A DNA stretch of 20,000 bases, from the IMG/VR virus record IMGVR_UViG_3300012953_000023; one strand, 5' to 3'. Shown one piece after another: positions 15,498 through 20,000 of the stretch; the first letter of the stretch is position 1; each line of letters starts with the position of its first letter. This DNA comes from an uncultured virus (IMG/VR IMGVR_UViG_3300012953_000023). Its lineage: Duplodnaviria > Heunggongvirae > Uroviricota > Caudoviricetes. The notes under the pieces are model-generated. The model was not told the origin of the DNA. It did not search any database and saw nothing but the letters and a program-made list of their open reading frames with translations. Position numbers and translations under genes: made by a program.

Positions 15498-17210
15498 TTA
15501 TCCAGCCACTTCGTTGAAGCTTACGCCAGTTCTTGTTGCAATAAAGTTAAGAGTTATGAAGTTGATAGATCTAGCAGGTTTAATGTATATATCTGCTACA
15601 AATCTGTTTGAATCAACAACTTGCCCTGTGTTATTTGAATCGTCACAAACCACTAAAAAGTCTGTAATTCCTCTTCTGCCTTTCACATCTCTTAAGAATG
15701 GTTCCAATAAATTTCTAAATTGAGCTCTAGTAAATTCATCGTTAAATTCAAATAGTTGTGCTTTAGCAGCTGTAGAGATTGCTTTTTCTACAGTGACAAA
15801 TAAACGTCTTACATTAATTCTATCAAAGGCTGATGCTCTGCTTAATAGAGTTTTATCTCCGAAAAGCATTGTACCTTGGCCTGGGAAAGATACCAATGGG
15901 TTTACTCTTGCCTTGTAAAGTTCATCTCTCTGTGTTTTAGTTGGGTTGAAAGCTAATTTAGTTACACCTCGTAATTGACCTCTAGTTACACCAGCTGGTG
16001 AGAACCATGCGTCAGCTACTTGATCTGTATTAGCACAAAGACCAGCTACTAAACCGGATGCGCCAATATATTGGTAACCATCGTTATACTTATCATACAC
16101 ATATACCGCACCAGAATCCATAGAAGCATATGAAGATGAATTTAATCCACTTGCATAGTCTATTACATTCGTATGTGGTGCAGACGCATTTTCTGTGTCA
16201 GCTAATGGTGGTGAAATAAATGCCATACAGTCTTTTCTTAGTTCAGCAATTTCAATTAGCTTAGAGCCAATTTGTCTGCCTGTACCGTCTGCATCTGTAG
16301 GAGCAAATAATAGATTTACATCTACTGTTTCTGCGTCCGATAACAGAGTAAGACCTGCATTAATTTCACTATACGTTACAGCTGCTCCATCTAATCCACC
16401 ATCTAAATCATAGTGTAATACTGATGTGTTAACTGTAAATGCTGCACCTACTGCAGCCATTTTTTGACCAGCTTCGGATAATCCTCCGCCTGATACGTCA
16501 TGTGATGCCCATCTGATATATTCAGATTGTGCGTTAATTACATCTTTGTAATATATTGAAGAACCTTCTGGGTTCTTAGCATCTTCTGCTTGTGATAAGA
16601 ATGGGAATACTTCTAATACAGTATTAGGTGTACCAGTAATAGCTCCTGTCTTATCATATACTACAACATGCAATTCGTCGTTAAAGGTTGTGCCTTTGTT
16701 TAAATCCAGAGCCATCTGTGATGTTCCTGGAATACTATCTACTTCGCCTTTAAAAGCCCATGAACTGAAACCGTTAGTTCCATCAGTAGCTCCTGCTGTA
16801 CAAAGATCGACAGATATAGCGTTACCCAACACTCCCGGACATCTTGCTACCCACTCGCCGTGGTTTGCTTCCACGCCGGTAAATGCTTGATAATCCGATT
16901 CGTTTTCCAGTAAGACCTCTGTAGATCCGACAGATGCGTTACGCGCGTCGGATGCAACAACTCTTACTACTTTCAAGGCGTTTCCATACTTTAAGAATGA
17001 TGCTGCCGTTAGAAAGTGTTTTGCGGTGCTAAGATCAGGTGCACCAAATTTTTCTACAAGTTCGTTTTCAGAACCTACTAGAACTACTTCGTTTGCTGAT
17101 CCCCAATTAAATTGTCCCGAAAATCCACCAATACTGGTAGATACCGCTGGGACGACGTTCGTAGCGTCAATTTCTTTGACTTGAACGCCTGGTGATACTT
17201 GAAATGCCAT
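15498..17210 (-). CDS. gp18: Contractile tail sheath protein
   Basis: SPGVQVKEID, RKDCMAFISP, WFSPAG..RG, QRDELY..RVNP, FGDKT, FDRINVRRLF, FEFNDEFTR, IKPARSINFITLNF. Confidence 0.97.
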   Translation of the reverse strand: MAFQVSPGVQVKEIDATNVVPAVSTSIGGFSGQFNWGSANEVVLVGSENELVEKFGAPDLSTAKHFLTAASFLKYGNALKVVRVVASDARNASVGSTEVLLENESDYQAFTGVEANHGEWVARCPGVLGNAISVDLCTAGATDGTNGFSSWAFKGEVDSIPGTSQMALDLNKGTTFNDELHVVVYDKTGAITGTPNTVLEVFPFLSQAEDAKNPEGSSIYYKDVINAQSEYIRWASHDVSGGGLSEAGQKMAAVGAAFTVNTSVLHYDLDGGLDGAAVTYSEINAGLTLLSDAETVDVNLLFAPTDADGTGRQIGSKLIEIAELRKDCMAFISPPLADTENASAPHTNVIDYASGLNSSSYASMDSGAVYVYDKYNDGYQYIGASGLVAGLCANTDQVADAWFSPAGVTRGQLRGVTKLAFNPTKTQRDELYKARVNPLVSFPGQGTMLFGDKTLLSRASAFDRINVRRLFVTVEKAISTAAKAQLFEFNDEFTRAQFRNLLEPFLRDVKGRRGITDFLVVCDDSNNTGQVVDSNRFVADIYIKPARSINFITLNFIATRTGVSFNEVAG

Positions 17211-17269
17211 CGCTTTATCCTCTCATTGAGTTAGTTAATATGTTTCATAATACGGATATTCACTAGTAT

Positions 17270-17277
17270 TATTTATA
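17270..17277 (-). promoter_or_regulatory. T4-type late promoter TATAAATA
   Basis: Exact box about 60 nt upstream of the gp18 ATG. Confidence 0.8.
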
Positions 17278-17289
17278 TAAATATGGTTC

Positions 17290-18723
17290 TTAGTGGTCCG
17301 TATTGTCGTTTTTCTCAGTAACATCACTCAGTATAAATCTACGGTTAGGGTTGACTGACACCTTAAATTTGGTCATTAGCTTTCTATTAACCAACATTTC
17401 AGATGCAGTATCTTTTGTGCTCAATCCAATTTCCGCATTATATGTTTTATTATTAAATCTTAATTCGTGTTCTATTACAGGCCTTTTATCAAACTCTTTA
17501 AGACCTCTTTTTGGTTCTGATACATATAGTACTTCACTTTTAAATGATTTACCGCCTTTGGTCCATTTAACATAATCACCATCTGCTTCCATAGTATCTA
17601 CATGGAACATGGTAGCTGTCGCACTATTACCTGTATCAAATTTAGCTCTAATAGGATCTTCTTCCAATCCTGCTAATATAATTGTTTCTATATAACCTGC
17701 CTCTAATCTCATTAAAGGTCTTCTATTTAATTCACTACTGAAATAATCAATAATCATTCCAATAACTTCTTCGTCTGTTTTCTTACCTAATGGCTTACCA
17801 TCTCTAGGATCATAAGCATTAAAATGGGAACGAATACCAGGTGAACCATTTACTTCTAATACATAAGGTTTACCTTTATGTAAACATGTATCAACGCCAC
17901 AATATAAAGCACCACTACTTCTTGCAGCATTAACAATTATATCAGCTTCTTCTTGGGATAGTTTATAAGGCTTTGTTTTAGCACCTAAGTGGACATTGTT
18001 TCTAAAATCTTTTTCGTTTTGCCTTAATCTTTCAGCTGAACCAATTATTTTACCATCTACTACTAAAGTTCTTACATCCGATTCCATGTCAAAATACTCT
18101 TGTATAAGAATTTGAGCATTGAATTTCCATAACGATTGTGCAACAGAAACTAATGATGCCATATCATTAACTTTAGAAACACCAACACCCTGTGTACCAG
18201 TAAGAGTCTTTAAAACTACTGGAAATTTACCACCAACTCTATTATGTGCATCTTCAATAGATTTTTTGTTTGATAAAATAGAAGATCTTGGTGTAGGTAT
18301 ATTATTTCTTTCTAGCATGATAACGTTTGACATTTTATTATCACATGCTAACATAGATTCTAAATCATTAATTAGAAAAAATCCGATAACTTGTAATGAT
18401 GAAACAATAGCTTGTGCAGATAGAGTTTTAATTGCACCAGCTCTTACAAATATAATAGAGTTATGTGTTTCTATTTCTACTTCTTTATCTTTTCCATCTG
18501 AATTCTGAATAGTAACACTACCAATTTCTACATCTTTTTGTGATATCCAGGCATCATCTACATTTACTAAATTATATTTTATATTCTTTTTCTTTGCAAC
18601 AGTCTCAGCCAATTCAGCAAAGGTTCCTTCTTCTCCGCCTTTTCCTAAAACAACAATATGAAGCTCGTCCTGCTCTAGAGGCTCTTCAAATTTTTCTGTA
18701 AAATAGTCGTTAAAATTTTCCAT
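17290..18723 (-). CDS. rimK: RimK-family ATP-grasp ligase fused to a C-terminal RimB-like (retropepsin-type) protease domain
   Basis: ATP-grasp motifs DNK..., IPTPRS, FPVVLKTLTGTQGVGV, LIQEY, DVRTLVV, FRNNVHLGA, GVD, LEVNGSPG. The last ~140 aa carry GYIE...AKFDTGN...RPVI...EIGL...MLVNR...VNP, matching the RimK-associated protease pattern. Confidence 0.85.
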   Translation of the reverse strand: MENFNDYFTEKFEEPLEQDELHIVVLGKGGEEGTFAELAETVAKKKNIKYNLVNVDDAWISQKDVEIGSVTIQNSDGKDKEVEIETHNSIIFVRAGAIKTLSAQAIVSSLQVIGFFLINDLESMLACDNKMSNVIMLERNNIPTPRSSILSNKKSIEDAHNRVGGKFPVVLKTLTGTQGVGVSKVNDMASLVSVAQSLWKFNAQILIQEYFDMESDVRTLVVDGKIIGSAERLRQNEKDFRNNVHLGAKTKPYKLSQEEADIIVNAARSSGALYCGVDTCLHKGKPYVLEVNGSPGIRSHFNAYDPRDGKPLGKKTDEEVIGMIIDYFSSELNRRPLMRLEAGYIETIILAGLEEDPIRAKFDTGNSATATMFHVDTMEADGDYVKWTKGGKSFKSEVLYVSEPKRGLKEFDKRPVIEHELRFNNKTYNAEIGLSTKDTASEMLVNRKLMTKFKVSVNPNRRFILSDVTEKNDNTDH

Positions 18724-20000
18724 TAGAAGCTACTTTTCCATTCGGTCTCAAACCAAATATTTCCTTCATCGTCTTTAGTATATTTATCAGCCTTTACACC
18801 ATGGCTATCTCTGACAATCCCAAAAGGTAACATATCGTCCTGTATTTCTCTTAATCTTTCTCTATATAATAAGTCTTTCATATTAATATTTGTTAGAGAT
18901 TCAAACACATCAGTTGAAGTAAACCAGCCGAATAACACTAGATTCATCATAAGGTCATCATGATTAGGAGCAATTGCTTGGAATGAGGTTCCTTTAGACA
19001 CAAAAGTACTTAACTCTACTATAGTTTGTGAATCGTGTATCATTAATTTCTTTTCTTCAATTAAATCTTTAATAGTCGAACATCCAATTCTTTTTACTCT
19101 TTTGGTCATCATAACGCCAACAGCATTTGCCTTAATAGAAGATTCTACAAATAAATTTTCATATTCTAAATCATAGTATAAACCATTACATACAACTGCA
19201 CCTTGGTCATTACTTTCTACGACGACATAAGCCTCATTATACATCATAGCATATTTGTATATTATATCAGGAAAGAGCATAGGAGATAATTTATTATCTC
19301 TAAATGTACCTACTTGTTGAAAAGGCTTTTCTGAAACATCTATAATATTAAATGTACTATAATCTTGGCCTCTCCCTTTTGCAACATCGACACATATAAC
19401 ATAACTGTGTCCATCTTTAGGCTTATCATATAGATAAACATTTTCTTTTATATGAATAGGATCTTTAGCTATTTGAGCTAATAAATGATTTGCATCTATT
19501 AAAGTATTACCTCTACCATGAAAGGTGTTTCCAAATTCTTGTTCAAACTGTAATGCTGATGTGTTAGCTACTGTAGATTCTTTCCACTTTTCATCTCTTC
19601 CTGGTACATCCCACCAATCTACACGAAATGGAATATACTCATTAGTCTTTTGTGTAGCACCTTCCCATATTTTATGATAAACATTACCTATTCCATTTGC
19701 AGTAGATGCAATAATAACCTTTGTGTCTTCACCTGATGAAACAACTGGATAAGTAGATGTATAAAAGTCTGCATCTTTATCAACAAAAGCAAACTCATCT
19801 AAAAATAATAGGTTAACAGATAGTCCCCTAATTGAACTAGAAGATGTAGCGTTTGCAATAATTTTTGAATTATTACTAAACTCTATTGACCCCTTATTTA
19901 ATCCTTTACAGCCTGGCTGTAAAAAGAAAGGAAGATTCTCTAAAGCCAAAGTAATACGAGCTAACATCTCTCTAGCAGTAGCACCTTTGTTAGCTAATAC
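18723..20000 (-). CDS. gp17: Terminase large subunit (5' part outside the window)
   Basis: Frame open to 20000 (VLANKGATAREML...); IRGLS, Walker B LLFLDEFAFV, STANG, FEQEF, nuclease VDVAKGRGQDYS and HDDLMM. Confidence 0.96.
   Translation of the reverse strand, partial: VLANKGATAREMLARITLALENLPFFLQPGCKGLNKGSIEFSNNSKIIANATSSSSIRGLSVNLLFLDEFAFVDKDADFYTSTYPVVSSGEDTKVIIASTANGIGNVYHKIWEGATQKTNEYIPFRVDWWDVPGRDEKWKESTVANTSALQFEQEFGNTFHGRGNTLIDANHLLAQIAKDPIHIKENVYLYDKPKDGHSYVICVDVAKGRGQDYSTFNIIDVSEKPFQQVGTFRDNKLSPMLFPDIIYKYAMMYNEAYVVVESNDQGAVVCNGLYYDLEYENLFVESSIKANAVGVMMTKRVKRIGCSTIKDLIEEKKLMIHDSQTIVELSTFVSKGTSFQAIAPNHDDLMMNLVLFGWFTSTDVFESLTNINMKDLLYRERLREIQDDMLPFGIVRDSHGVKADKYTKDDEGNIWFETEWKSSF

Noticed and set aside
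1..20000. CRISPR array, introns/inteins, homing endonucleases, stop-codon recoding
   Set aside because: No regularly spaced repeats seen; core genes are uninterrupted and of ordinary length; TAG and TAA end genes at expected positions.

Overview
AT-rich 20 kb segment of a T4-like myovirus genome, with a gene order typical of aquatic T4-like phages. All credible genes are on the minus strand. In transcription order: terminase large subunit gp17 (truncated by the window edge), an inserted RimK-type ATP-grasp ligase fused to a RimB-like aspartic protease domain, tail sheath gp18, tail tube gp19, portal gp20, a small prohead-core protein, prohead protease gp21, scaffold gp22, major capsid gp23, tail completion gp3, UvsY, UvsW, a putative Sm-like protein, late sigma gp55, gp47/gp46 (Mre11/Rad50-like), tRNA-Ala(UGC), a HEXXH+VWA (CobT-like) protein, a CobS/MoxR-like AAA+ ATPase and the start of one more ORF. 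A family of sigma70-type promoters (TGTAC[A/T]-N17-TA[C/T]AAT with extended TG) and T4 late boxes (TATAAATA) can be read directly. Most notable: (1) the RimK-RimB fusion starts with a decapeptide resembling the T4 capsid-targeting sequence, suggesting a virion-packaged glutamylation enzyme; (2) a lone plus-strand promoter fires antisense into a late leaderless gene next to uvsW; (3) tRNA position 1 is the last base of the gp46 stop codon; (4) the VWA gene extends 102 codons beyond the ORF track and appears to start at ATT. Family assignments come from motif recognition only; no database searches were run.
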